A stretch of DNA of 64,000 nt from Sminthopsis crassicaudata (taxonomy: Eukaryota), in contig NC_133618.1 of the NCBI RefSeq assembly GCF_048593235.1, forward strand, positions 440,986,947 through 441,050,946, written 5' to 3'. The position numbers were made by a program, and so were the translations under genes. The notes beneath the pieces are model-generated. The model was not told where the DNA came from, did not search any database, and was given only the letters and a program-made list of their open reading frames with translations. Of the stretch, positions 47,601 to 57,611 are shown piece after piece; position 1 is the stretch's first letter, and every line of letters begins with the position of its first letter.

Positions 47601-50600
47601 CACATATATATTGTAGCTAGGATATACTATAAGATATTTAATATGTATGGGAATGCCTGCTATCTAGGGGAGGGGGTGGAGGGAAGGAGGGGAAAAACTC
47701 GGAACAGAAGGGAGTACAAGGGATAATGTTGTTTAAAAAAAAAAAATTACCTATGCATATGTACTGTCAAAGAAAATGTTATAATTATAAAAATTAATAA
47801 AAAACAAAATTAAAAAAAATTTCTTCATCTATAAGATGGAGATAAAAAAAAAAAAAGGGGTCTTGGGTAGCCATAATCTTATTTCCTACCCAGTTGCAAT
47901 CCATTTGGACTCCTCTGAGTTCTCCACCATGTGCCTTGTCCTCTTCCCCATATCACCCACCTCCTAGTTTTTCAGCTCTTTCATATTACTTTTCCCATTA
48001 GATTATAGGCTCCTTGAAGGCAGGAAATGTTTCCCCTTTTTTTTATCTATGTCCACAACCTAGCATATAATGGGTATTTGATACATGTTTATTAAAAGAC
48101 TGCCTTCTCTGCAACATTTAATACTGTTGCGTAGCCTCTCTTCCCATGGGTTTCATGACATTACTTTCTCTGGTATTCTTCCTGTCAGACAGCTTGCTCC
48201 TCCCTCCAGCTCCTTGGCCGAATCCTCACCACATCCCATTTGATAACCTTTCCAGTTCCCCACTAGCAGCCCCTCTCCCAGAGAAACCTTCTTCCCAACT
48301 TCCCTATATTGATAAGAACAACTATCCTTCCAGGAACCTGGGTTTAGAAGTTAGCATTATTCTTGATTCCTAACTCTCTTCCTTCAAATTCATTAAGTTG
48401 CCAAAGCTGATCCATCTTACTCATAAAATTCAGCTATTTGGTCTCCTGATCAAATATCTTGAGATCTCAACTCTCCAATCCATCTGCCACAAAGCTACCA
48501 AAATTCTAAAACATAGATCTGACCGTCTCTCATAACCCTATTAAACCATTTCCTATTATGTGTAGGCTTGATATAGACTTAGCTCTTCCCACATTTTGTG
48601 GTCCAGTAAACCCCTCAAAAGCCTGATTAAGTGCCTCCTACTACAAGCAGACTTTCCTAACTCCCTAGTATCCATTTTCCTTATTTTGGGTTTATTTTGC
48701 ATATACTTATTTAGTAAATTTTTGCATGTCTACCTGTTATCTCCTATGAGAGAATGTAAACTATTTGAGGGTAGGGGCTATTTTATTTTTTGTCTTTATA
48801 TTTCCAGTACTAGAACATAGTAGAGATGCTTTAAAGTTGCTTGATTTCAAATATTTTAAGTCATGAGGTAGGATGCTTGTTTTTCCAATACATTGGGAAA
48901 ACAGACCCAATTAGTACAGATTGTTTTTTAAGTTTAATTTAAGTTCTTGCATATAAATACTCCAGTTTCCCGAGTCTCAAAAATTTGAGGGATCCAAGTT
49001 GAATTAAAAAAAATCTTTTAAAAGATTAAAAGAATCTCTTATCTAAACCCAATCTCTACTCTGGAACCCTAGATTTTTTTCTGTAGTGAAGAAGGCCAAT
49101 AACTCCTGATAAGTTTTATAAGTCTATTTTCAGGTATAAGAATTCTCCCTCTTTTTGACAACATGGTCACAAAGGTTTTTGTGAAGAATGAGCCTCTTTA
49201 CTAAGCCTAAAGGGAAACGAAAGTGACAGATTTACTATTAGAAATCTATGATGTCTGTTGTCAGTCTTACTGCAGTGTATAGACAAATGTCCTTTAAAAT
49301 CACAGTGTATCTATACACTTCAACAACAATACTGTATGAGGATATATTCTGATGGAAGTGGAAATCTTCAACATAAAGAAGATCCAACTCACTTCCAGTT
49401 GATCAATGATGGACAGAAATAACTATACCCAGAGAAGGAACACTGGGAAGCGAATATAAACTGTTAGCACTACTGTCTATCTACCCAGGTTACTTATACC
49501 TTCGGAAGCTAATAATTAATGTGCAACAAGAAAATGGTATTTACACACATATATTGTATCTAGGTTATATTTACATGTGTTACACATGTAAAATGTATGG
49601 GATTACCTGCCATGGGGGGGAGGGAGTGGAGGGAGGGAGGGGATAATTTGGAAAAATGAATAAAAAAAAAAAAAAAAAAAAAAAACACAGTGTATGAAGT
49701 GTTCTTTGGCTGAATAAGGAGGAGAACAAGGATCCATCTTTTACAAAAATGTTATCTCATAACAGGTCAATGGGTATGAACAAGCAACTCTCAAAGGAAG
49801 TATACAAGGTATCAATAGCCAAATTTAAAAAAAAATGCTGCTATCATGAATAAATGCAAAAATTAATGAAAAGAGGCACATTAAAAGTATTACTAGTGAA
49901 GCTGAGCATTTATTCAGCTATCTTGGAAAGCAACTGGATACTATCCTCAGAAAGTAACTAAACTCAGAAAGTATACATTGACCCAACAATACCTCCACTA
50001 GGCCTCTACCTCAAAGCACTGAAAAAAGAAAAGGACCTATATGCAGACTATTTAAAGCAATTCTTTTTTTGTAAGGCCAAAAAAAATGGAAACAAAGGGA
50101 GTGCCCATTAATTGGCAAAAGACTGCATATTGTGATATAAGCATGTAATTAGATACAATTTGTGCTATAAGAAATTAAGATCCAGCAAATTTTAAAGACT
50201 TAACTCTGACTATGACCAAACACCATTCTAAAAGGTTCAAGTGACATTCTAACTACTCATATCCTGACAGAGAGGTAGTGGTGCAAAGGCAGGGTGCAAA
50301 TCAAGACAAACTTTTTGGGCATGGCTAATGAAAGGATTCTTGTTTTGTTTGATTATGCATATTTGTTAGAAGGGTTTTACTTTTCTTTTAAGTTGTTGGG
50401 TAAGAAAAGTAAGAGTTTTTACTGGGGAAAAGAAGAAATAAAATGTAAGGAAAAAGAGGTTAAAAAAAGTAGTTACAAAAAAGAAAGCTATCCAAAATGT
50501 AACAGCTGATTCAGAGGATGAGGTTCCTATTTTAATTCTGGGGAGACTGGAAAGAAACAGAAATAGATTCTTCTTGCTCTCCCAATATTAGCTTTAATGA

Positions 50601-53600
50601 CACATTTCTTTAGAAGTGCTACAGCTTTCATGGGTGCATATGTTTTTGCCAGTGGTCTTTCCAGGAGTAGTCTGATTTAGTATATAGTTTTGATGGAATT
50701 TAGTGTCAGAGAATCTAATCTAATCTAATTGGATTAGTTCCCCACTCCACTATTTGGAAAAGTATGTCTTTACTTTCTGGATTCATTAAAAATAAAGCAA
50801 CTATTTCTTATTTGGTAAATTTTTGGAGTCCTTGTTTCTATGGGCATTGTTTTCATGAATATCCATTTTTGGTAAGTGGTCTTTTAGAGACAGCAGTCAA
50901 AGGTTTCAAGAATATCTTTCTCTAGCAAGCACTTCATTGAGAGTGTGGGAGAAAAGGGTTTATCTATTAGTTGTGAACACCTAACTTGCTCCTTCTGTTC
51001 ATTCTGAAAATAAAGCATTTGTTAATCAGCAAGGTTGTTGCTAGAGTAGGACAACAACTAAATTTTGGGCTTTGAGAAATCCTTTATATACAAAATCTCA
51101 TTTGATCCTCAAAACAACTCTATGATGGAAGGCACCATGAATTATAGCTATCATCCCCATTTTAGAGATGGAGAAACTGGGGCTAAGAGAACTTGACTTA
51201 CTATGTCACATGGCTAATATCTGAGACAAGATCTGAACCTCATGAGTTGTTGATTTCAAATACAAAATTGTCCATGACATTAGGAAGAAAAATCAAAATT
51301 ACAAAAGGCAAAAAATAAGAACAATTGTGGAGGGAGAAAAGCAACTGGATGAATGAAAAATAAGTTAACAACGATGGCTATATCTGAAAACATCAATGAA
51401 GGAAAAAGCAAGCCAAAGAGAAAGGACTATGTGCCAGGTGGCAAAGGGAAAGGCTCAAGAAAAATCCAGGAAGATAAATTTTCTTTCAATAACTGGTTTG
51501 GAGAATAGGTAAAAGCCAATGAATGATTTAACAGTAAAATCGGGTAAATGAAGTTTAAGTATTCCAAGGAAGAAACAGAGAAATGATATTAAAATACTGA
51601 AAATTTTAAAGACTAATATTTCTAGGTAGCAAGAAATATAACGTGGTTCTCCCATTTTGGAAAACTACTGTAAAGATCTATATATATATGAAGTTAAACT
51701 GCAAATAAAGAATAAATCTAATGACAAAGAAAAAAAGAGAAATAAAGTGATTTTATGAAACTAATTTTCATGGGAAGAGGTTCTGGCAAGCATTCTTGAA
51801 GATACAAGTGCTAATAATGGAGTATTTTTCAAACTGTTAGTACACTTCAAGTGTTCCATGAACAAATTAGTTTAGGATATTTTGGATGGATACAGGAAAG
51901 GGTGCTTGGCTTGAATAAAGAGTTAGCATTAATGTACCATTATTATGCTGGGAATTAGGGTCATGATAAGTAATTCTCAATATCTAAAATTAAAGGTTTC
52001 AGGAACAAGATTAACACTATACAACATACTGTTTGAAAGGATAAAATATAGAATGAACTTATAGAAATAGAAACAATAACTTTAATAAAAAGAAAGGGAG
52101 AAGAAAGATAAACTAAGATATATTTACAATCACATACTGTGATTTTGAAATTTGATATTTAAATAGAAATCTATTAACAGTGGTTATGAAAGGAGACCAA
52201 AAATACAAAATTCTATGCAGGTGTATGTATATATATGCAGAGATTTAAAAATTCCCACTCCCAGAAAATTTTAATCTTAAGTGGCCTTTGTACAGATTAT
52301 TTAACAAAAGAGCTGCAATACAAACCTACTGCCAATGCACTGAAAAGACTTCAATTCAAATAACCTACTTTCAATCAATTGACATTTATTAAGTACCTAC
52401 AGGGTGCCTGGCACTGTGCTAAATGCTGGGATACAAAAAGAGGCAATAGAACTTATTCTCAAGGAGGGAAATAACACACAATATGTACAGAGCAAACTAT
52501 ATACCGAATAAATAGCTTAACAGAAGGAAGACACAAGGAATTAAGATATGGGGTGGGTGGGTAGGTAAGGAATGCAGAATGACCCCTAGGTTTAGAACCT
52601 AAGCGGCTGGGAGGATGTTTCTCTTCATAATGATAGGGAAGGCAGAAGCTGGGGAGTATTTAAGGAGAAAAGAATTTATTTAGTTTTGGATCTATTGGAG
52701 ATATCTGAAAGGCAGCTGGAGATGTAAAATCAGAGATCAGCAAAGAATTTAGGGCAATATAAGTAGATTTGGAAATCAGTATAGTGAGAATAATTAAATT
52801 TGTAGGAATTCTGATGAGATCACGAAGTGAAGTACTTGGGAGAAGATAATGTGTTATGTGTTAAAATCCTAAAAAGTTTTACAAAATTAATAATACATGG
52901 TTCATACCCAAGCAAAGTGAAATGTACTACATACAAAGTAATAGCAATGTTCTGGGATGACCAGCTGTAAATGATTTTGGTATTTTCAGTAGTACAAACA
53001 TCCACAACTAGGATTTATGATGAAAAATCTTTTCCATACCTAGAGAAGGAACTGATTGTGCCAGAATACAGACTGAAGTATTTTTTCTTTTTTAATTTAA
53101 TTTTTCTTGAGGGTTTTTATTTTCATTAGGTTGAGAGATTATGTTTTCTTTCATAACTTGACTTTTGTGGAAATGTTCTGCATAATTTGCATGTAGTTTC
53201 TTAATTGTGGATGGGGATAAAAAAGAGAACTCAAAATTTTAAAAAGAAATGTTTATTTTGAATGTAACTGGGGGAAACAATATTAAATAAATCAAATGAA
53301 ACACGTTCCATATGCTCCTCTATAAGACACGCTATTAAGCTTGTTGCTCTTGTTCAAACTACATGGACCACAGCATTCTAGTCCCCTTTTATCTGTTACC
53401 ACTTAAGACTGTCCGAGCTCATGTTCATTATTTCCATGACACAATCTCTCCATTTCTATCTCTACTATCACCTATTCCTTTTGTTTTCAGTCATATCTTT
53501 TCCAATGATTCCTGTTTTCTGATTATTTAAATATTAATTATTATCTAATCATTAATTATTATTTAAGCTTCAGCTTCAACAATGACCTGTATGATTACAT

Positions 53601-56600
53601 AATAATGAATTTTATAAAAAAGCTTCTTAGGACTTATCACAAGAGAAAAATGTTGGGTATGTTTGTATTTTGCTTTTTATTTGCCTTAACAAAAATGTCA
53701 TGGAAACCCTAGAACAAGGGTCTCCAATCTTTATTGGAAGTGGTCTGATGATGGCAAATCTGATTGGAAGTGACTGTCTCCATCTTAGGGGCTGAACACA
53801 ACTGCCTTCACCTTCTCCTCCCTCTGCACTGGAGGAGCTACAAACACTCATCACTAAGCTCTCCTTCTGCCTGGATTAGTTTTTTCATCTGACCATCACA
53901 ATGCCCACAAAAAGGAGTTTATCTGGTTGTAGGCTTTGGGAAGCTTCAGCAAAGCTTATTTTAAAGTGATTCAACCAAGGTATTGCTGAATCATTATTTC
54001 CTTCCTTATCACTTTCAATCATTTTCTCTCATCATTTTCTAAGTTTTTCAAAGGCTGATTCCAGACCTCTTGATTTTTCTATTTTCCCCATCCCTTTTAT
54101 TTATGAGAACATTTAATAAAGGATGGTCAGTAGAAATGAAAGAAAGAGACAAACAAATGAACCACTTTTGTTTCAGAAGTGCTCTTTCAGTGAGGCATTC
54201 TGATGTGGCAGTGACTTTGGGCTATGAAATCAATCAATCAAAATTCATTTATTAAGTGTCTACTAGGGTGCTGGCCCTATATGCTAAGCCCTGGGGACAC
54301 ACAAAAAAAGAGGCAAAAGCAGTGCCCTCAAGGAGCTTTCACTCTAATGAGGGAGACAACATACAAATATACAGGATAAATAGCTTACCAGAGGGAAGGC
54401 ACTGGAATTAGGAAGGGTTGAGGGAAGCTTTCAGAAGGCAGAATTTTAGATGGGACAATAAGGAAGTCAGAGGGGAAGGAGGACATTCCAGGCATGGAAC
54501 AGCTAGAGAATATGACCAGAGGAGCCTCTTGTTTGTGGACTCCCAGTTAAATAAGGCAATGGGATATAACAGAAAGAATAATGGATTAGGAATAGAAACA
54601 AATTAATTCTCATTCCAATCCACCATTTATTAGACCTAAAACAAGAGAAAATTTGGCTCAGCTCAGCTCAGCTTAGCTTATAGGGTTATTGTGATAAGCA
54701 GTAGAGTATTACAGAAATTTAAGGTAGTCTTGTAATATCTTTAGGTTGCTCCTCTCACACCACTAATTAATACACATTTTTAGTGTTGTAGCTTTGTTTT
54801 GAGCACAGGCACACAAACATAACAAGATGACAGTTTTCCATAATCTTAAGCATCTGACATATTATAGGCTTACTGAAATTAAATAGACAAAAGAAAACAA
54901 ACTAGCGTGAAACTGAAAGGCTATATTCCAAGTAGTTTCATAGTCATCCCAGGACAACTTCTCCAAAGTTCTAAGCGGTATGAAGGGAAGCTTCCTGATT
55001 TACGCAGCACATCCTTCCTTAAGAATTAGTCCTTAAAAGGAAGTCAAATTTAATAGAAAAACATATGGCAGCAAAATAGGCTGGAATGACAGTTTCTTTC
55101 ACCTGAAACATTAAACTACCAACACAGATAACTCAGCAGCAGCAGAAATGTCCAAATAACTCTCAGAAGCAGACAGCTTTCAGAATTTCAGAATGAGTAG
55201 GAATCTTAGAGATCCTCAAACACTAAGAGGCCCTATGGTAATAAGCAATATATAAATAACAAATCTAGAGACCTCTTTCCTTTCCCCTTCAAATCTAGGA
55301 CTCTTTTCCTTCAGTTTCTTGGCAAGAGTCTGAGATGATATTTTCTATCAAATTTACAAAAAAAGGAATATAGTGATTGGAGACATTGTGATGGGACATT
55401 TTCCTTTAAAGATGCTACCATTTTGGTCTATCCAAAAGCCTTCCCATATGTACTTACATGGAGTCACGTTGGACCAGGAGAGTCTAGTGGGGCAGCTCAG
55501 AGAAAGGGAAGTTGTTGAGAGAGGGTAGAAAAGGGGTTGAAAGTTAGGTACCTGCCTTCTAAGGAAGAAATGACATCAGACCAGGCAAAACTATCAGGGT
55601 GGAGCCTTGCAACACCAGGATGAAACAACAGAAATATCTCTACTTGCCCTCTCAGTGAGTCTGCTTTTTGCCTGTCTTTATATCCTTAGCACAAGTAAAC
55701 ACTTAACAAAAGGTTGTGGACAAACTGATCAAATCCTGACTTCCCAGGTCAGCTAATTCCTAATTCCTATTACTGTTTTGGTACCATTCCTCTTCAGAAG
55801 CCCTTTACAACTTCAGGATCAAGAAAGAATCCCTTCTAATGCTTACTCCTCAATCCTGAAGAATCCTGGATACATATCAAGTGAAAGAAATCTTCCTTTT
55901 TCCAAACTCCAGCAAACCTGGCCTGGATGCCTGATGATAGCTTAAGAGACCTCAAAGTCTTCTGCCAAGTATCAATCAGTACGAAAAAAACACAAGACCA
56001 ATGGGAATTTTCTTAACACTGATGAGACTGGTTATTAATTTCCAGGGCTAGAGCTGATTACGTTAATAAGCTATGTTTCCCTCCACCCCACTGTGGTATG
56101 CCTCTTGTGAAAGCACTTTACAGCAACAAAATTATGTCCCTTAAAGAAATTTTTTGAGATGGTATGAGAGGAAGCAGCAAAAAGAAAAAAAATTGCGGTA
56201 CAAGGTATACACTTTTATGGGGAGAGAAATTTGATGAATGAAAAAGGATTCAAAGGTGAAATAAGATTTAAAGGGATGAGATTTGGGAGAATAGGCTTAA
56301 TGGGAAAATGGTGGAGCATAGAACAGATGCTAGTTTTAGGACCAACATCAGGTCCCTTCCTTCAGGGAACCAAGGATTATAATTGTCAGAGAAATACTTA
56401 TCCAAAATTGTTTAAGAAGGTTATCCACTTCCCTCCCAGACCTTTTCCTCCCCTACTTCTTTGTGCCCTCTGTACTGGTCTGGGGAGGGAATAGACTACA
56501 GATTTTCTACCAAAAAGTGTTTTCAGAAGAGTCTGAGGAATTCACTTGTACCACAGAGCAAATACCTGAGAAAGCCTAATACTCCCAGGGAATTATGATT

Positions 56601-57568
56601 TTGACAGAGAACAGTCTATAAACAAAAAGAAAGCCATAATGTGAAATATCAGCTTTTATCAAATGAGTCTGTGAGGGTTTTCTGGGGAAATGGTTTTGAT
56701 GTCCGGATATAACCTGTTCTCCTGTGGCCTCCCAAAACCAACATTAAGTGAAAGATGGCATGGTACAGGTGCCTGGAGTATTCATACTTCACAGTCATCT
56801 GTTTTTAAAATGGTGTGTATTTGTGTGTGAGAGAGAGGGAAACACACACAGAGANNNNNNNNNNNNNNNNNNNNNNNNNNNNNNNNNNNNNNNNNNNNNN
56901 NNNNNNNNNNNNNNNNNNNNNNNNNNNNNNNNNNNNNNNNNNNNNNNNNNNNNNNNNNNNNNNNNNNNNNNNNNNNNNNNNNNNNNNNNNAGCCTAACTT
57001 GATGAAATGGGTTCAAATCTTGCTGCTGCCCCTTTCTGTCTGTGTAGCAGTAGACACTTAATATCCCTCAACTTCAGCTTCCTTCCTTATAAAATGAGGG
57101 CACTGGACAAGACAGCTTCTGGGGTCCCTGCCAGCTTTAGGCCTGGGCTCTTGTTTTTGGTCTGGACTTGATGTTCCTTTGGTGCAGGGAGCTGTCTCCT
57201 AACAGCAGCTAGCATGGCTAAGACACCCTCAAAAGGAAAGAGAATAATAGCCTGGGTCACAGAGTTCCAGCAGAGCCGTGACCTAGGGCCAGCTCCTCTT
57301 CCACTACATCTCAGCCTCCTAAGATCAGCCTTGAGAAACCTCAAAAAGGGACCAGAAGAGGTCCAAAAAGAAGGGCACGTGCTGCCTGTCTCACCGATCT
57401 CTGGGAAATGAAGCCAGATGGTTTTTTAGCTCGTCATTATTAAGCATTACAAGCATTCCCGGAAAGTGAGGGTTGGACTTCACCACTTTAGTGTAGATAA
57501 AGGGCCTTTACCTTGTCATTCAGGAGCGGTTTGATCTCGGTAAGCTGCACGTCTTGCAGTTCGTCCAT
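11450..57568 (-). CDS. NDRG3: NDRG family member 3 (alpha/beta-hydrolase-fold, non-catalytic); spliced CDS of 15 exons, 374 aa (387 aa with the cassette exon)
   Basis: Exon lengths 57+36+106+121+63+61+87+57+104+66+52+48+36+52+179 = 1125 nt join in one open frame with GT-AG introns. The protein runs [40 protein letters not shown]...GIGVGAG...[12 protein letters not shown]...RSRTHS...TMEVSC*, matching recalled human NDRG3 rather than NDRG1/2/4. Confidence 0.98.
12576..12614 (-). CDS. NDRG3: NDRG3 39-nt in-frame cassette exon ([12 protein letters not shown])
   Basis: cctcctgcttccag|TC CCG TAT GTG CAG CTC AGC CAC CTG AGC ACC GAG TCA G|gtacct; symmetric phase 1; matches the 13-aa insert I recall from long mammalian NDRG3 isoforms. 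Confidence 0.85.
13847..13898 (-). CDS. NDRG3: NDRG3 exon 15 (52 nt)
   Basis: ccctag|[17 protein letters not shown](I)|gtaagt. Confidence 0.97.
13984..14019 (-). CDS. NDRG3: NDRG3 exon 14 (36 nt)
   Basis: gtctag|[12 protein letters not shown]|gtaaga; contains P294. Confidence 0.96.
15526..15573 (-). CDS. NDRG3: NDRG3 exon 13 (48 nt)
   Basis: ttttag|[16 protein letters not shown]|gtaata. Confidence 0.96.
16294..16345 (-). CDS. NDRG3: NDRG3 exon 12 (52 nt)
   Basis: acttag|(K)[17 protein letters not shown]|gtatgt. Confidence 0.96.
16445..16568. repeat. Polypurine GA-rich low-complexity tract in intron 11
   Basis: About 120 nt almost entirely A/G on the plus strand (pyrimidine-rich on the pre-mRNA). 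Confidence 0.85.
16617..16682 (-). CDS. NDRG3: NDRG3 exon 11 (66 nt)
   Basis: atccag|(S)[21 protein letters not shown](K)|gtaagt. Confidence 0.96.
16880..17335 (-). mobile_element. L3/CR1 fragment
   Basis: Antisense CR1 3' region motifs (cttccactttccagttc...atatcttagcctggtcacc...ctagctctaggacagtt). Confidence 0.5.
17431..18309 (-). mobile_element. Probable solo LTR, sense to NDRG3
   Basis: Minus strand starts TGTAA and ends CA; TATA-like TATTTAAA near 17926-17933; AATAAA at 17483-17488 followed by cctgccttttgccaaagaaaatggcc; no TSD found. Confidence 0.5.
19378..19808 (+). mobile_element. Tigger-like MITE interrupted by a SINE
   Basis: TA|cagttattccttccacatc ... gatgtggaagggctaacta; same TIR family as 4121-4391. 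Confidence 0.7.
19451..19584 (+). mobile_element. WSINE1-like CORE SINE
   Basis: ggggcagctagatggtgcagtgga...gctgtgtgaccctgggcaagtcacttaac...gcctcagc(A)n; 11-bp TSD aaattaagtgg at 19440-19450 and 19585-19595. Confidence 0.85.
19955..20058 (-). CDS. NDRG3: NDRG3 exon 10 (104 nt)
   Basis: ctttag|[34 protein letters not shown](S)|gtatga. Confidence 0.97.
20568..20746. mobile_element. hAT-like MITE
   Basis: Ends cagggt..cttcttaaactgtgg and aaagttgaagaagccct are imperfect TIRs. Confidence 0.5.
21497..21553 (-). CDS. NDRG3: NDRG3 exon 9 (57 nt)
   Basis: ttctag|[19 protein letters not shown]|gtaagt. Confidence 0.97.
22800..23455 (+). mobile_element. L1 ORF2 end plus 3' UTR
   Basis: atgtgcaaaaatatttctagcagctctttttgtggtggc ... 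A-rich tail. Confidence 0.85.
23860..24290 (+). mobile_element. L3/CR1 3' fragment
   Basis: accagaatggtgaagggcctgaaa...aggctggagaagaga...ctctgaggtcccttcca CR1-type end. Confidence 0.65.
24726..24812 (-). CDS. NDRG3: NDRG3 exon 8 (87 nt)
   Basis: tttcag|[29 protein letters not shown]|gtaagt. Confidence 0.97.
25520..25845 (+). mobile_element. L1 3' UTR fragment
   Basis: atggagtctgaatgcagg...gaatgttgaaaactatcttta...A-rich end. Confidence 0.8.
25955..26015 (-). CDS. NDRG3: NDRG3 exon 7 (61 nt)
   Basis: ttgcag|(S)[20 protein letters not shown]|gtaagt; carries the degenerate nucleophile-elbow motif GxGxG. Confidence 0.97.
26240..26302 (-). CDS. NDRG3: NDRG3 exon 6 (63 nt)
   Basis: tttcag|(G)[20 protein letters not shown](S)|gtaagt. 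Confidence 0.97.
26550..27560 (-). mobile_element. Old degraded L1 ORF2 fragment
   Basis: AT-rich antisense L1-like text (aagttgcttaaatttatatttctt...ttgcttttt). Confidence 0.45.
27690..28460 (-). mobile_element. L3/CR1 fragment
   Basis: ggatgacctccagag...tagcccttcaagcactt...gtctaataca...ttgctggctcttttgagtttgcagcccactaaaacccc. Confidence 0.6.
29010..29156 (-). mobile_element. WSINE1-like SINE
   Basis: (T)n gctgaggcaattggggttaagtgacttgcccagggtcacacagc...tagctacccc; TSD cttgatatagt at 28990-29000 and 29157-29167. Confidence 0.85.
29270..29830 (+). mobile_element. MAR1-like SINE (about 29270-29455) and WSINE1-like SINE (about 29690-29830)
   Basis: ggagtcaggaagacctgagttt...ctttgccaaa; gtcaggaggacctga...gctgtgtgaccctgggcaag...ttgcctcacc(A)n. 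Confidence 0.7.
29850..30530 (-). mobile_element. L2 fragment
   Basis: Purine-rich antisense L2 body (gcaaggagggactgc...ttagttctgtt...gagatgcct). Confidence 0.55.
30735..30985 (+). mobile_element. L1 3' fragment with a large internal deletion
   Basis: ggaatattattgttctataagaaa joins directly to ttttgatctgatttttcttgtgcagc, then the L1 tail. Confidence 0.75.
31895..32605 (+). mobile_element. L1 ORF2 end plus 3' UTR
   Basis: [31 protein letters not shown] followed by a complete 3' UTR. Confidence 0.88.
33536..33656 (-). CDS. NDRG3: NDRG3 exon 5 (121 nt)
   Basis: Long C/T tract then gcag|(H)[39 protein letters not shown](G)|gtaaga. Confidence 0.97.
34720..34955 (+). mobile_element. L1 3' UTR end in intron 4
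   Basis: G-rich tract gggggaggggttggagggaagg, aataaaa and (CAA)n tail. Confidence 0.82.
35152..35257 (-). CDS. NDRG3: NDRG3 exon 4 (106 nt)
   Basis: tttcag|[35 protein letters not shown](H)|gtatgt. Confidence 0.97.
40050..40255 (+). mobile_element. MAR1-like SINE
   Basis: ggaatcaggaagacct...aaaatggcaaacctacagtaactttgctaagaaaac...gactgaa. Confidence 0.7.
43094..43129 (-). CDS. NDRG3: NDRG3 exon 3 (36 nt, symmetric phase 0)
   Basis: ttgacag|[12 protein letters not shown]|gtaagg; identical to the recalled human peptide. Confidence 0.96.
43300..43920 (-). mobile_element. L2 fragment
   Basis: Antisense L2 ORF2-like text (gagactagatggagacctgccctgagg...). Confidence 0.45.
44317..44437 (+). mobile_element. 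WSINE1-like SINE with an internal CORE deletion
   Basis: gggacagctaggtggtgcagtggatagagcacc...cacttaaccccagcctca (A)n; perfect 15-bp TSD agaaggtatggaata at 44302-44316 and 44438-44452. Confidence 0.88.
46899..47856 (+). mobile_element. 5'-truncated L1 (ORF2 C-terminal Cys-rich region plus 3' UTR) with an extra 3' tag
   Basis: [44 protein letters not shown]...[14 protein letters not shown]; TSD aaggggtcttgg at 46887-46898 and 47855-47866. Confidence 0.93.
47564..47588 (+). repeat. (CAA)n microsatellite inside the L1 3' UTR
   Basis: caacaacaacaacaacaacaacaa. Confidence 0.85.
49311..49685 (+). mobile_element. Young 5'-truncated L1 3' end (375 bp)
   Basis: Pure A24 tail (49662-49685); TSD cacagtgtat at 49301-49310 and 49686-49695; ttt/aaaa endonuclease site. 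Confidence 0.92.
49710..50480 (+). mobile_element. Old L1 ORF2 end plus 3' UTR
   Basis: atgaacaagcaactctcaaaggaag...acccaacaatacctccactaggcctctacctcaaag. Confidence 0.6.
52370..54520. mobile_element. Mixed L2 (-) fragments (about 52370-52800 and 54230-54520) and an L1 3' UTR (+, about 52990-53290)
   Basis: catttattaagt...ctgtgctaa...ctcaaggag L2 ends; L1 tail tttgaatgtaactgg. Confidence 0.55.
56855..56990. other. Assembly gap (136 N) next to a GA/CA microsatellite
   Basis: Run of n characters following gagagag...acacacacagaga. Confidence 0.99.
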
Positions 57569-57611
57569 GAGGGCAGGACCACAGCACGGAGGCCTTGGGG
57601 AACTGGTAACA
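57512..57611 (-). CDS. NDRG3: NDRG3 exon 2 (43 nt 5' UTR plus first 57 coding nt; ATG at 57568)
   Basis: Acceptor ttggtctatttcag|TG; [19 protein letters not shown]; donor AAG|gtaaag. Confidence 0.97.

Larger units (their letters stand above)
45440..48830 (+). mobile_element. Long L2 remnant split by the L1 at 46899-47856
   Basis: L2-like pyrimidine-rich body on both sides, with an L2 3' end near 48750-48830 (gaatgtaaactatttgagggtagggg). Confidence 0.55.

Noticed and set aside
56748-57016. ORFs containing X runs
   Set aside because: Artefacts of the N gap.
11450-57568. Assignment to NDRG1, NDRG2 or NDRG4
   Set aside because: The N-terminus [31 protein letters not shown] is NDRG3-specific, and the NDRG1 decapeptide repeats are absent.
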